A stretch of DNA of 64,000 bases from Vicugna vicugna (taxonomy: Eukaryota). The first letter of the stretch is position 1. Each line of letters begins with the position of its first letter. Shown here in pieces: positions 1-13,158 of this stretch. The notes beneath the pieces were generated by a model. The model was given only the letters and a program-made list of their open reading frames with translations. It ran no database searches and was not told the origin of the DNA. The translations under genes were made by a program, and so were the position numbers. The stretch lies in the NCBI GenBank assembly GCA_013265495.1, contig MU058065.1, positions 4,381,003-4,445,002 on the forward strand. The letters run 5' to 3'.

Positions 1-2528
1 TTTAATAAAGAAAAAACCCTCTCAATATTTCTAATTCAATAAAGCAAAAAAAAAAAAACCCTCTAATTCCGTAATTATATTTTTTTCAAATGTTTGAAGC
101 AAATGCATCTTACCAGGCATGGCATCATGAAACTGACCCCAGACTATTTCTAGGATGCGTAATTTGTGTTCCATAAGATGGCTACTGAGTAAATATTATA
201 ACCTGCAGATACATCTCATGTGAAGTTGAACCCATAATGATTTGAAACTGTTCCACAAGATGACTTCTTATAGGGGATGGAGGTTTAAGGAATTCATGGA
301 AGAAATTTAAGGGTTAGAAACTTCTGGGGATTACAACCAAAATAACTTGATATGCAATTCAGCTCTTCAGTATCTCAGTGATTCCAGTCTTTTTCCTGTT
401 AGTACTTGGGAGTTAAATGTCTGAAAATATAATGACAGGTGCTGATCTGAAAGGGGATTTAGGGCACTCAGAGAACTCCCTGAAACCTTCTATTGTAGCT
501 GAGTCAAGAGAGAGTCACCGTGCGCTCTGAAGGTGCTGTCCATCCACAGTGTCTACAACTACTGAGGTTTTCTGAAAGCCTCTGATATTGAAAACTGGGG
601 GATTTAATATATTACCCCACGGTATTTTTTGTACAAAGTTTATATTCCAAATTCCTTACCATCAAGTAAAGGAAGAAACAGCCCACTGACCCTGTGGACC
701 TCAGCACTGGACTTGCTCTCTGTGTAGATGGGGCGAGGAAGGTGTGTGAGCACTTCAGTTTGAGAAACGCGGTGAATTGGGCAGACCAAAGTGTTCAGAG
801 GTGGACGCTTTTGCACTGGGACAGCTAAATACTAATGAAGGGAGACCAAAGAGCTTGCCCAGAGGAGAGCTCCGTTTCCATAGCTGCTCTGTCCCTGGCC
901 TTCATCCCAGCCACAAAACAGCCAAGCGAGACACAGGATGCGGTCACTGGGACATTCAGCACTTGCCTATGAGAAAGGGGGCCAACGTTCACTAAGTGGA
1001 TGAGAACGACTTTCAGGTTTCAGGTACCAGCAGGTCGCACTTAAAATTTTTGCTTAGCACGGGATGGACCAACTACCGCACCATAAGCATTCAACTTCCA
1101 CTTTTAGCTGATTTCTTCTGCAAGCTGTTTTCACTTTCTGCCTAAATCTTCCTACAAAGTGCTACGGTTAACTATCCACACATCACAGATGATGTGCTCT
1201 GACAGACATGAAGAATTAAAGTGAAACGCATGCACTGTTTAAAATAAAATCATCTATGTCATGAATAAGAAAAACAAAACAGATGGAATTGTGTCTTTGG
1301 TCATGCCTCAGAAAGTTTCAAACTCTTCTAAACCACTTAATTTAATAAAGGAAAAAAAAAAAACTCTTTCAATACTCCAAATGCAATAAAGAAAAAAAAC
1401 CCAACCTAATGCTATAATCGCATTGGAATTTGGTATCAATAGTTTTAACGCCAGGAATTCACTGATGAGATGGCATTTAGGTTTATGGGGTAAATCATTG
1501 AGGCAAAGTGACTATTGATCGGAATGTCACAGAACTGACAAAGTGGCTTTCCATTAGCATACCCCATGCTAAAAGAAGGGTCTGGTAAGTGGAACTGTGG
1601 TCAAAAAAGGGAAAACCTCCTATCAAACTGGGTGAAGCACGTCTGTATTTCCTTTGACATAAGTGTTCAGTTCCTCAGAAAAACATTCCAAGCAAACAAT
1701 TTTTCACAGACTATTTCTCTTTTCTAGAATGGAAGAGGGGCAAGCTTGGTGTAACCGCTTGGTTAGCTCAGGGACACAGGAGATGCCAAGTCTTGAGGTT
1801 GCTTTCTCAATGGAATGCTTCAACTTGACATCAACAGGAAAGCCCCATCAGTCTTGGATTGGAAGTGCTGGAAACCTTACCCCCAGTGACTGGCGAGGGG
1901 AGGAGGGAAGAAAAGGGAAGGATTTACTCAAGACCAGAGCAGACGAATAAACAAGAGCCATGGCAGTTTCCTGCAGGAAAGTGGAAAGATTAGGCTGGTT
2001 TATATTGAGATGAGGGTAGAGCTTAACACAGGTTGTAGTTGATTAAACAAGAGTGAATCATTGCGCCACCCCATCTAGATGATCTGTAGCCATTACGTTT
2101 CACAATAACAGAGAATTTCAAGCGAGCCCCCTAGTCAGTCAATGAAGGGGAGGAGTTCCAAGACATGCCACCTTTGTTGCCACCTCACCTCTACAGTATT
2201 CTCACTTGCTTCTGACTTTTAAAAGAAATAATGCAGAAGATAACATTACAGATCCTAGTCAAGCTTTTAACTCATGCGTTAGGAAGCTCAGGATCATTTT
2301 CAGGGTCTTGGGAGAAAAGTCTCTCTCGCCAAGTGTCCTCAGGGACCTTTGTTACTGGAAGTGGGCGTTTTGCCAAATGCTGCAGTGAAGCTTTATAAAA
2401 ATAGACAAGATAAATGGACTTTTAGTGCAGTATTGTGCCAGGCTTTAAATTTTCAGGAAATTATTTTTTTTTAACTCAGCTGAGAGTCAAGTCAATTTGT
2501 GAATTAGTTGAAAGGATGGCTCGATAGT

Positions 2529-2561
2529 GGGGTGGGGAAGGGGGGGTGGGGAAGTGGGGGG
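2529..2561 (+). other. Potential G-quadruplex (five G-tracts)
   Basis: GGGGtGGGGaaGGGGGGGtGGGGaagtGGGGGG: five runs of at least 4 G with 1-4 nt loops. Confidence 0.7.
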
Positions 2562-3669
2562 CTGAGGCATCTGACATTTTAAGTCAGAAAAGGCTGCCAC
2601 ACAAAACAGATTTCTCTTGGCAATCAAGATAACTTAACAACCATAAACACATTGTCAGAGGGAAAAATTGCATTTTGCTCTAACACAGATCATGTACAGA
2701 TGACTGATTTTTCTTTCAAGTTCAAGCACAGAAAGACTGTTTATATATATCAACTTCTGACCAGGCAGGCAGAACAATCTTAGAGGTCTGAACAAGGATG
2801 GAGATTTCTTTGTTAGGGATCCAGCATAGCTGTCCTGAGATGTATGCACAGCCCAGATTGTGGAGAATCAGAGCAGTGCTGCTGCCATAGATAATTTGCA
2901 ATCTTTGTTCACTTTTTAATTATAACCACCCCCCACAAAAGATACAAGTGCAGTTTAAAAAATATAATTCATTTTGTTTGGTTTATTCAGAATATGCCAG
3001 GATGTGTTTACATGTTTCTGTGGGATGCTTGATCATTCCAAGGATATTCTAAACTTTTAAAATTATGTTATTATTATTTGTTAAAGAAATGCTATTATTA
3101 TGATTTCATCAAATCTTAGATCACCGATCCTACAGATAGTAAACGTAGGAAATATTTTGTGAAAGACAGTTGACAACTGTCAAGCACTCTATGAAACCCA
3201 AGGTATTATTAATTCTTCACTATTACGGTTATAATGTTCTCAAAAATAAAAAGTACAGTAGATTTTTCAAAATTCACTTGAGATCATGGCAACGAGGCAG
3301 GGTTGTCTGATTCAATTGCTTTTATTTTATGAGTATGGAAGGGAGAGGAGAGTTGCCCAGTTATCTAGCAATTTGGCATTATTTACTGCAACAAATGAGT
3401 GAATCAGGTATAGATTTATCAAGCACCTTTGATGTACACAGCGCTGTAATGGAAACTGTTGGATATTTCTGCCAAAGCAGCAAACAGTCCCCGCTCCCCA
3501 GAAGTTTGTAAGCTGGTTATACAGAGAAGCCCCACTTGTGCTCACAGATACATAAACACACATGCTAACCAATAAACAACAGTGCAAGACAGTAGTCCAA
3601 ACAGTGAGAGACTAAAAGTGAATTTGGGAAAAAATCACGGAAAGAAGATGAGTGTATGTGTGTGAATCT

Positions 3670-3990
3670 TTCTTTTTCTTTTTCTCTGATTGAGAGATGA
3701 TTAACATATAACATTATATTAGCTTCAGATGTAGAACAGCACGATTCAATACGCGTATATTGCAGAATGATCACCACGATAAGTCAAAACATCCATCACA
3801 CACAAAATTACATTTTTTTTTCTCGCAATGAGAGCTTTCCAGATTTACTCTCTCAGCAACTTTCAAATATGCACTACAGTGTTACTAGCTATAGTCACCG
3901 TGCTGGGCATTACATTCCCAGGGGTTGATTTATTTTGTAACTGGGAGTTTGTACCTTTTGACCACCTTCACCCATTCCACCCACTCCTAC
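3670..3990 (-). mobile_element. L1 3' end fragment (L1MA-like), antisense
   Basis: T-rich tail followed by typical antisense L1 3'UTR motifs 'ctctctcagcaactttcaaatatgc' and 'ataactgggagtttgtaccttttgaccacctt'-like. Confidence 0.85.
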
Positions 3991-4250
3991 CCCTGAATCC
4001 ATATTTTCTGATTCGAAACCCTATTATCTTTTTCTCTTTGCCAGTGTTTCTCAAAATATTTGGGGGCTTGAATTAGAGCTGCTGGAGAGAGGAGGAGTGA
4101 GGGGTGGGGAATATTTGGTAAAAGCAGATTATTAGGTCCCCAAACCAGCTGAACCACAACCACACTGGAATTGAGGACTGTTGCTCTGCATTCTCTCATC
4201 CCTGCTTCTGTGACTTAGATCTTTTGCGCTTCGAATAAACAGTGTTGTCT

Positions 4251-4314
4251 GAAAGCAATAGAAAATAACAAATAAATGAAAGCAACAGAAAGCAATAGAA
4301 AATAACAAATAAAT
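4251..4314. repeat. 27-bp direct duplication with 10-bp related spacer
   Basis: gaaagcaatagaaaataacaaataaat at 4251-4277 and 4288-4314 (identical); spacer gaaagcaaca. Confidence 0.9.
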
Positions 4315-5189
4315 CCCAATTCACTGCTCCTCGAGCTGAGGTCACTTGAGCTAAAATTCTGTTGAGTTCTCACTGCAGTTTTTCAGGAGTCTACAAATCA
4401 GCGAGCAAGTAAAGCTTCTGTTTCTTCCCTGAGGGGAAAGCGAGAGGGATTCCCTCGAGAGCAGCTGGCATTGGAAGGATGCTGCATCTCTGCAAGATAC
4501 GTTTCCAGGTAGTTAACTGAAACCTAATGTGTGTCTCATCCTCATTCTGGACCTTGCCTTCTCACGTCCCTTTTATCCAGGGCTCTAAAGCTCAAAAGAA
4601 ATTTAGCTAGAATTTAGGATGAAAGAAGTTTCTTCATTAGATTTTGGGATGAAATGGAAGTTGATCGTTACAAAAAGATTTTCATCAATTTTATAGGATT
4701 CTAATGGGAGATAACAGGTAATTGGAAACTCATTCATAGACTCAAAGAATCCTAAGATTGAATGGAAATGTGATTGTGTCTACTTGAGAAAAGGGGTTCA
4801 TGAAATATTTGTGTTCATAAGGCTTCCTCTGAGCAGCATACTTAAGTCAAGCTTTATCTTGTTCTGGAAAAAAGGATTCTGGAATTGAAATATAAGATTT
4901 TATCTAATTCTGTTAAAATGTAAATCTGATAAATTAATTTAATAGTAGTAGTAATAGGTGCTATTTATCAGGCAGTTGCCAACACGGTTAGACACGGCTA
5001 ATCACTTTATTGCCATATTTCATAAAGAACTTGATGATTTTATGTTGTCACTCAATGTTGATCCCCTGTGCCTGCCTCTTTAATGCAAAAAGGATATTTT
5101 ATCTTATACCGTCACAATAAGATATTTCAATTTATGCTAAAATCTATGCCATTTTAGGAACTTTCATATGTATTCTTTTTATTTCTTTA

Positions 5190-5609
5190 ATAATTTTTTT
5201 AAACTGAAGCATAGTCAGTTTATAATGTTGTGATAATTTCTGGTGTACAGCCTGAAGTTTCAATCATACGTATACATACATATGTTTGTTTTCATGTTCT
5301 TTTTCATTATAGGTTACTACAAGCTATTGAATATAGTTCCCTGTGCTATACAGTAGAAACTTGTTATTTATCTATTTTACATATAATGGTTAGTATCTGT
5401 AAATCTCAAACCCCCAGTGTAATCCCTTCTCATCCCCTTCGCCCTGGTAACCATAAATTTGTCTTCTATGTCTGTGAATCTGTGTCTGTTTTGTAAATAA
5501 GTTCGTTTGTGTCCTTTTTTTTTTGGATTCCACATATAAGTGATATCATATGGTGTTATTCTTTCTCTTTCTGGCTTACTGCACTTAGAATGATGATCTC
5601 CAGGTCCAT
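5190..5609 (-). mobile_element. Relatively young L1 3' end, antisense
   Basis: T tract, then 'tgaagcatagtcagtttataatgttgtg', 'ttccctgtgctatacagtag', 'ttccacatataagtgatatcatatgg', ending 'gatctccaggtccat'; clearly homologous to 54484-54809. Confidence 0.9.
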
Positions 5610-5774
5610 TAGTTTATGATTAATATTAATAATAACACTAACAATTTTGGTCAAATTTAATCCCCATGAAAGCAAAGTAGGTGCTAGGTACATGTTACAG
5701 ATGATGAAACTGAGGCTTAGGGGAATTAAAGGATAAAATCCAATGATTCTGTGATCTTGGCTTGTATCACCTTG

Positions 5775-5860
5775 AGGGCTGGTAGAAACACAGTGCTGGG
5801 CCCCACCTCCAGAATTCCTGGCTCAGAATATTCTGGATCACTTCTGGAGAACTATGGCTC
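5775..5860. mobile_element. MER5A-like hAT MITE fragment
   Basis: 'aaacacagtgctgggccccacctccagaattcctggctcag ... cacttctggagaacta' resembles MER5. Confidence 0.5.
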
Positions 5861-6739
5861 TGTGCACTGAGAGTTAGGGATCACCTTTCCACATATATAT
5901 ACACACACACACACATACACCACATTCTGGTATCCTATTATTTAAGATGATTCTATTATTGAACAATATATTTTCTTTAAAACTTTAAAAATTATTTTCT
6001 TATTTGAAAACACTGTGCTTCAGGGTGAGCCATGGTATGCATTTGATGCTCAGGTTACACAGGAGAAAGGCAGCCCATTACTGGGAAAAGAGACCAAACG
6101 AAAGATTGGATTATAGTAAATATACCCGCCGGGGGCAGGTTGAGGGGGGTGGGTAGCCTGTCAGGTATCTGGACACGTTTCACGTCTGTGCTCTACACAG
6201 TTTTCCTGCTTGTCTCATTTTGTGTCAGCAGCCTGTGCTCTTAAAACTCATGGAAATTAGGACTAGGGTAGACCGAGGCCACCATCTATTTCATCATCCT
6301 GTCAGTCGAGAGCTCCTATCTGGTGTTTCGTCTACTTCCACCAAAATTACTTTATTGTGAAAAATGAGAGAGTGAGATATTTAAAGAGGAAAAAATGCCA
6401 GGAAGAAAATGTTTTTCAACAAAACCGTCAAGAGTTAAGAAAGTGACTGTTTGTTGATTTCTCTGCCACTGAGAACTGGAGGAGTATCAGTTTTCCATCT
6501 GCCAGCAATGTTCATGCTCTCACCATGCTAACTGGCTCACCTCAGAAATGTCTCTTCCGGCTTCTGACGCGCTAGGAAGCTGGAAGGTGGAATTCCTCGT
6601 ATTGGCACCATCTCTGTGCATAAGTGCAGCTGTGTTAATGGCAGGCGTAACTTGCCTTTATTCTCCATCACGGCTCTCTTGGACATCTGTTGTGTTTGTC
6701 TATCCTCATTTTATTGCTAGTTTTTAATACCAGCACCCT

Positions 6740-7110
6740 AATTTTCCTTGGCAGCATGGATGGAGTTGACCCCAACCCGCAGCTCCAGGAATGAAGCAGT
6801 TGGCCTGTGCTAGACCAAGCAGCACCTTCCAGAGACATTTCTCGCTTTTTGTTGGGCTTCCTTAACTGGTAGGATGTGAGTGGGGTGCTCCAAGGTTTCC
6901 GTCACTTGGGGGAGAGCCTGCTTGAGAAGGATAGGACGGAGGAAAGAAAACACATTCCGGGGATAAAGAGTAAGATCCTTGGTGATGTTACTTGATAACC
7001 TGAATCCCAGATGTGAACCAATACATTTTATGTCATTTTTTCTTTCTCTGCTTGACATTTTTGAGTGAAGTTGTAATCACCATCTGGCCTAAATTCCAGA
7101 AAGTGAAAAC
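6740..7110 (+). mobile_element. Old ERVL LTR fragment (LTR16-like)
   Basis: 'gagttgaccccaacccgcagctccaggga' and 'atgtgaaccaatacatt' resemble LTR16-family motifs. Confidence 0.4.
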
Positions 7111-7844
7111 AGAAGGAATTATTAGTACTGTAGCATCAAAATAAGCACGCACGTTTGCTAGTGAGAATACGAGGTTCAGAGAGACCTGGGTTCTAGTCCT
7201 CATTGTGCCGTGGAGTAAGGTTCTTTGGGACATCATCACTCACGGTCACGGCATCTTATTTCTTTCTCATTCACCCCAAGCCCACAAGATACTTTCCATC
7301 AGTGATGAGATTGCCATGAAGAGGCTTCTGGGGAAATTTCTAAAAATGGCCAGGGGAGAAAAGAGGCAACCGGGGTTGGAAGGGCCGATTGACAAGGCAG
7401 AAGCTGCAGAATTAGGTTCATAAGCGGGTAACAGGAAACGGAATCATTTTCCCTGATACGATACGGTAGCTCAGTTAACCTCAAACACTGGCTGCCGTGG
7501 CAAATCTGGGACAGAAAAGCACAACAGGAAATACACTCTGGAAACAAAAAAGGAGACATCTCACGTCTATTACTAGTACATTTATTTTTGGTGGGATACT
7601 TGTTGCTGTGAAAGCTCAGAAGCAAAAGAGACCAGACATAAGAAGAAAGAGAAGCCAAGAAAATCCCTTTCAAATAGGAGGCCCTTTTAAGGGCCTCTAA
7701 GATTTTAGAGATAAGATTCAAAGAATTTTCATAAAGCTGAATTATACATTTCACATAATTTTTTTCACTTATTTTTTCCTTAAATTCTATAGTGCTTTGC
7801 AATGTTTAAAAGCTTCACATACGGTTTCATATAATCCCATAGTA

Positions 7845-8092
7845 GCCCCGGTTTTCCTCCTACCCCTTTATTGCCCCTCGCCCCTCCCCTCTCCCCACTG
7901 GTCACCACTAGTTTGTTCTTTATATCTGTGAGCCTGCTTCTTTTTTGTTTTATTCACTAGTTTGTTGCATTTTTTAGATTCCACAAATAAGTAACATGCA
8001 GTATTTGTCTTTCTCTCTCTGACTTAGTTCACTTAGCACAGTGCCCTCCAAGTCCGTCCATGTTGCTGCAAGTGGCAAAATTTCATTCTTTT
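7845..8092 (-). mobile_element. L1 3' fragment, antisense
   Basis: 'ccccactggtcaccactagtttgttctttatatctgtgag', 'tagattccacaaataagt', 'catgttgctgcaagtggcaaaatttcattc'. Confidence 0.9.
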
Positions 8093-8169
8093 AAAAAGGT
8101 TTATCAGAGCCCTGCCCTTGGCATGCTGGTGACTGTTTAGTGATTGGACCTCAAGGGTGGGGGGTGGGG

Positions 8170-8317
8170 AGGCTGATCAGTGACATTTGCCGGTTTGAGT
8201 GGTATGAATACTGCCCCCAAGACCAATTTCAAGCTACCAACCTGATGTCAACCAGCTCATAAAATTTCTGAAAATTTACCAGCTGGCTCTGATATGAGCC
8301 AACTCCAGCCTACACTG
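8170..8317 (-). mobile_element. MER63-like hAT element
   Basis: 'aaaatttctgaaaatttaccagctggctctgatatgagccaactccagcctacactg' matches the reverse complement of the MER63-type terminus. Confidence 0.6.
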
Positions 8318-9327
8318 AAATTACAGAGTGGAAACTCTAATTATCTTTGCTTCTGTGTATGCATTTAAGGGGTAGCTATGTGGTCCCCCCTGAGGGTTCA
8401 GATGGGAATCAGCGATCGATCGTAGAGCACCAGAAAGAAAGGATGTGGATTCCTCTGATGTTCTGTTCCTGAGCAGAGCTATTCTGATCCCACAGAATGT
8501 TCGGCTTCAGAACAGAACCTTGACTGGGGAGGTCACAGGGCACGGCTGCAGGATCCTTCTAATCCTGTAATCCACACAGGCCAAATTAGTGTGGCATGCA
8601 GCCTGCTCTGAAGTTTCAGGTGCTGGGATTCTGAACACAAAGGCAGCCATTGTGGGGAGAGGGGATGATGCAACCTTTTCAAAGAAGAGAAGCATTTGCC
8701 CTAGGGCAGGAGACAGAAACCAGGGGATGAGGAGGTGGAGGCACCCTCACCTGCCCCAGACCTGAAACAAGTTTAAACAGAGCAGGTAGAGAATCCACCA
8801 GTACTAGATAATGATGCAGCCCAGGAAAGGACACGAGGGAAAAAAAAAAGGGTGGGGATGATTTTGAAGTGGCAGCTGCAGATGGAGGAATGAGGAAACA
8901 ACAAAGGAACAAAGAGAGGAAGGAGAGAAGTAGCCACAAGAAAATTGGCAGGAGAGCCCTTCACCTGTCGAGCATGCGGGTCAGCCGTCTCCGGGAGGCA
9001 CGGGAGGGACTGTGTTAGCGAGGCTGATTGCATGAAGGGCAAGGATGGGGGATGATTTCAAGGGAAATGACTGAGACACATGGTAAACTTCCTATGAACA
9101 GATACGCGTAAATGTGTGTATACCTATGCATATCTATGTAATATTAGTTCATTTCACCCGGGCAAGAACCAAAGCCCAAACTGCATTTGCAGACAAAAGA
9201 GAAACAAGTACCCCCAAAGTGAAGATGTAAAAGTCCCAATGTTTGGGATGGAAATTGATGAAATGCAAACTCAATTCTTTTTTAAAGGTAAAAGTACAAA
9301 TGTCTGCTACTCTTCAAATCTTGCCAG

Positions 9328-9819
9328 TGTGAACGAAAAATACTGCCAACCATATCAGTAAACAAAGAATGCTGGAGCCATCAAGTCACCAGCTGCTGCC
9401 GCCAGTGCCAGCCTCCAGCAAAGGCAAGCCTGCCGCCCGGCCTCTGCAGCCACTCACAATGGTGCACCTGAGGGGACCCAGAGTAAGAAAGGACAGGATA
9501 CTGGCCCTGGATAGCTAGGTGCTTGTCAAAGGAATGAATTCAATGAGCCCATATGTTTGCTTCCTCCCATACATAGAAAAGTGTTACATTCTTTAACTTG
9601 AGATGCCTGGTTTTCTTTAGATAACAAGTAATCTTTTAATGTTCCAACTACCTGGTCTTTGTTGTGAAACTCCTATATATTCTAGCTCCTCCCCTGTCTC
9701 TTCGGAGCAGTCCCTCAGCGCGATCTGAGAGGCTGTCATCCTGGGCTGAGTCCTCAGAATTGTCCATCGAATAAAACATGACTCTCAGCTTTTAGGTTGC
9801 GCATTTATTTCGGCTGATG
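9328..9819 (+). mobile_element. Solo ERV1-type LTR
   Basis: Starts TGTGAAC; 'cctatatat' TATA-like box near 9672; AATAAA near 9770 followed by a U5-like end 'cttttaggttgcgcatttatttcggctga'; about 490 bp. Confidence 0.8.
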
Positions 9820-11214
9820 ATCAAGACCAGTTATGACCTGGTCTTGATAATGTCCAAATGCCCCCAAACTAAAGGGGCAGTGGAGATTCTTAAAGGAAAA
9901 AGTAGCCCAAGTAAGGTGTATCTTTGGCTCCCACCAAAGGTAAGAAGAATGGAGATTAAGCAAGAAGGTTGGGTAACTTTTAAAAGAAGAAAGAACAGAT
10001 GATTTTTGGGGGGATTTGTGCAAGAAAGAGACTGCTTTAAAAAATGCTGCTTGCTCTACACAGAGATTTATATTCTTATGATGAATTATGATATATATGC
10101 AAAGCATAATCCAACTGGTGTCTCTCGCCCACCTCCCTGCAAAAAGGAGAAAATAAAAATCTGTTTACCCAGGTATGGGCTCAAAACAGATGTTAGGAAA
10201 TCCATGTTTCCTTCCACCCTCAAACTTACATCTGAAGAAGAATATTTATGACATCAGGATAAAAAAAATCAATGATTTTTTAAATGCAAATGCATGTTGA
10301 TTCAGAAAGACAATTTAAAAAACCAAATAGAAATGCTGCAGATGCAGCTCAGGCAGAACTGAATTGCAGCCCAAACCTGGCCTCCAACATTCTTTGCTGC
10401 TTTGGACAAGTTGCACACCCGCTCCAGCCTGACTTTGATAAAATGCGGAGATTGGGGCAGACACGGGAGGGTTCTGTTCCGCATGAAATTGACAAAGCTT
10501 TCAACAATCAAGGAAGACTCAGTCTCTCTAAATGCAAAGTAAATAAGTCATCTTAAAATTTAATTAATTCATGTTAAGTACATAAATAATGCATGGATAA
10601 ATGTCCTCTATAAAAATTTTAAATAATACAAACATATATAGAAAATGAAAGGATCATATGCATCCTTCCCTCCCCCATCCTCGTTTCCCGCAACAAAGGT
10701 GACCATCACTCATGGTTTGCTGTGTATCCTTTCTGGTTCTGTCTCTATTCACTTATATGTAAGATTATTGTTATATTTTTTACTATTGAAACAACAGAGT
10801 CACATTAGAAAGAATTCAAACACTGGAAGAGCAAAGAAGAAAAGAATAACCATAAGTGTTCCCCAACACAAAATCAGCAACTAATTTGATATGTTTTCTT
10901 GAAACTGTCACCTATGCATAATTTTCAATAATAGTAATAATACATAAAAGGAAAGGTATTCAATGCTTGGGTCAAAAATTAATACGACTATGTATTCTGC
11001 ATTGAGGTGGCATTCCCGTCCTACTCAGTGGCTTTAATGGTATTAGAAGTCAGACATCTGGACAGAAAGAGAGGAATGAATTTTGTTTTTAAGAAATGGA
11101 AAATCTGAATAACTGGACCCCTTTTAGGATATTCAAGATGGGTAGTAAATGGGGGGAAAAAAAGCAATGGGTAAGGTCAGAATTAGAGAAATACAGAATC
11201 TTAGAGCTCAGAGG

Positions 11215-11330
11215 ACATCTTCGTGGCACCAAACTCCTGTTTCTTATTTTATAGTTGAGATAAGATAAGCTTGTGAAGGTTTTCCCAAGGTCACACAGGT
11301 AATCAGTGATAAAGCCAAGGTGAGACCCTT
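11215..11330 (-). mobile_element. MIR SINE fragment
   Basis: 'tttcccaaggtcacacaggtaatcagtgataaagccaagg' MIR core-like motif. Confidence 0.7.
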
Positions 11331-12474
11331 CCCTCATCCTTCCTCCCCCCAGCCCCTTCTGTTTTTTGCCTAGTAAAATACATCACTCAAAGGGAGGCAT
11401 CTTCAGGGCTGGAAGGATCTAGGTTGTCCCTTTTAGAGAAGAGCTTTTAAACCAGTAGCCCCAGACCCAATTTGACTCACGCAGTGTTTTTCAAAAATTA
11501 AAACAAAACAAAAGTATTTTAAAGATTCCCTTCCCAATATTTGAAAATGCAATTTTGGACTTTTCTTGAGCCATCCCCAAGCCTCTCAGCAGGAGGCACA
11601 ATCATGGCGCATGGCAGCCACAGGGAGGAACTTCTTTAGATGTTCATTCACTCGCATCCGAGCATCGCAGCCCTTACCTGCAGCCTCACTCCCGCAGGAC
11701 ACCGCCTGGACCCCATCCATGGAGAAGGACATTTTTGAGAGTGAGAGTCTTGGAAAATAATAATTATGTTGAGACAGGAAACAAAACCCAGGACTGTTTC
11801 AGGCAAATTGGAACATACTGGCAGGCTGTAGACATCCCAGTGAGAGAAGGCTGCTTTAGATCCTAGAGACCCCATGTGATCATGCTCTGTCTCTGGGTCA
11901 CCTCCAGCAATCACCCTCTTCTCTTGCTCTTCCCCCAGCATCCAGAGAGGCAGCTGCCTTCTCAGAAGCTGTCTCGTGCTCCTTAGAGTCCCAGATATCA
12001 CAAATACTGTTAGGTACATTTGGGGAAATCGGTTTGTAAGGGAAGAGTTGATTGGTGAAATATTAGAAGTACAATTTCTTTATCAGCAAATATTTCTGAA
12101 GGACCACTATTTGGCAGACCTTTTGAAAACTGCAAGGGAGCATAAGGCACCTTTCCCATTGTAACAGCTTAGAATTGAGCTGAGAAGATAAGCTGTAAAG
12201 GGCCAGGGAGAGATGAGTTCAAAGGAACCAAGGACTTTCAAGGGATGTGATTCTGCCATGGCTTCAGCTTCCCAAGAAGAGAGAGAGAGAGAGAAGATGC
12301 TATTAACATTCATTTTCTGGGGATGGTTTTATGATTTGGGGCAAATAGTTGGTTTGTTTTTCAAAGGCTGAACAAAAATGTGGGTTATTTTACTGGTTGA
12401 AGAGCCAGGTCTCCTCACTTGCCTCCTCATTCATCTGAGGAGCTGCTCAGACAACCGAGGACCATCCTCTAGAC

Positions 12475-13158
12475 AAGTGGTTTTCAACCTTATCCCACCC
12501 GAGGGGGCCGTGTTATAACAAATATTTTGTAACGTCTCTGTTACTATCCTGATAAAAATGGATTCTTTAAACTGCCCTCCATATACGTAATTCAAAAAAT
12601 TATTATAAAACTAACTGCAATATAATGAAGAAATATAAAACAAATATTTTATAACAAAAACTATATGCATATTTTAATATGTACTTGCCAGAGCACAACC
12701 ACAACAGAAGACAGGAGGGTGGATGGATGGTGGTATATGTACGCGGGTCTAAGAGAACATGCAGGTGGTTTCTTTGGGTGTTAACATGAATGTTGGGGTT
12801 TTCTGGAATGGTCAACAACTTACTGATGTTCTGAATAAAACGAAGTCCAATCTTCCTTCAAAACGAAGTCCAATCTTCCTTCAACCCAATAAATTTCATT
12901 CCTGGAAAATTCCACGTGTATTTGGAACATGGAATAATCCCGTGCTATGTATCAAAGTGAGTGAGGATATGGGTCCGAGTAATTGCAAATTGATTATTAC
13001 TTATTTGGGACTGCCTGGTTCTTTATTATGCGCCTAGCAACCTTGGTACCTGCCTCAAGAAATACCAGTTGTATCCACCCTCATTACGACAACCCCAAAG
13101 TATCCCTCTGAATGTCTGAATTGTTCTCTAGAGGCAGTAGGATCGTTAAGAACTACTG
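12475..13158. mobile_element. hAT-Charlie-type DNA transposon remnant
   Basis: Ends 'aagtggttttcaacc' and 'ttaagaactactg' resemble Charlie/MER20-type terminal inverted repeats. Confidence 0.55.
12837..12884. repeat. Perfect 23-bp tandem duplication
   Basis: aaaacgaagtccaatcttccttc x2 (12837-12859, 12860-12882). Confidence 0.95.

Noticed and set aside
1178..1202. Hairpin cacatca-caga-tgatgtg with C/D-box-like ATGATG..CTGA
   Set aside because: Boxes far too close for a snoRNA; a 7-bp stem is expected by chance
7299..7802. 167-aa minus-strand ORF
   Set aside because: Non-ATG start, no recognisable homology or convincing splice signals; chance ORF
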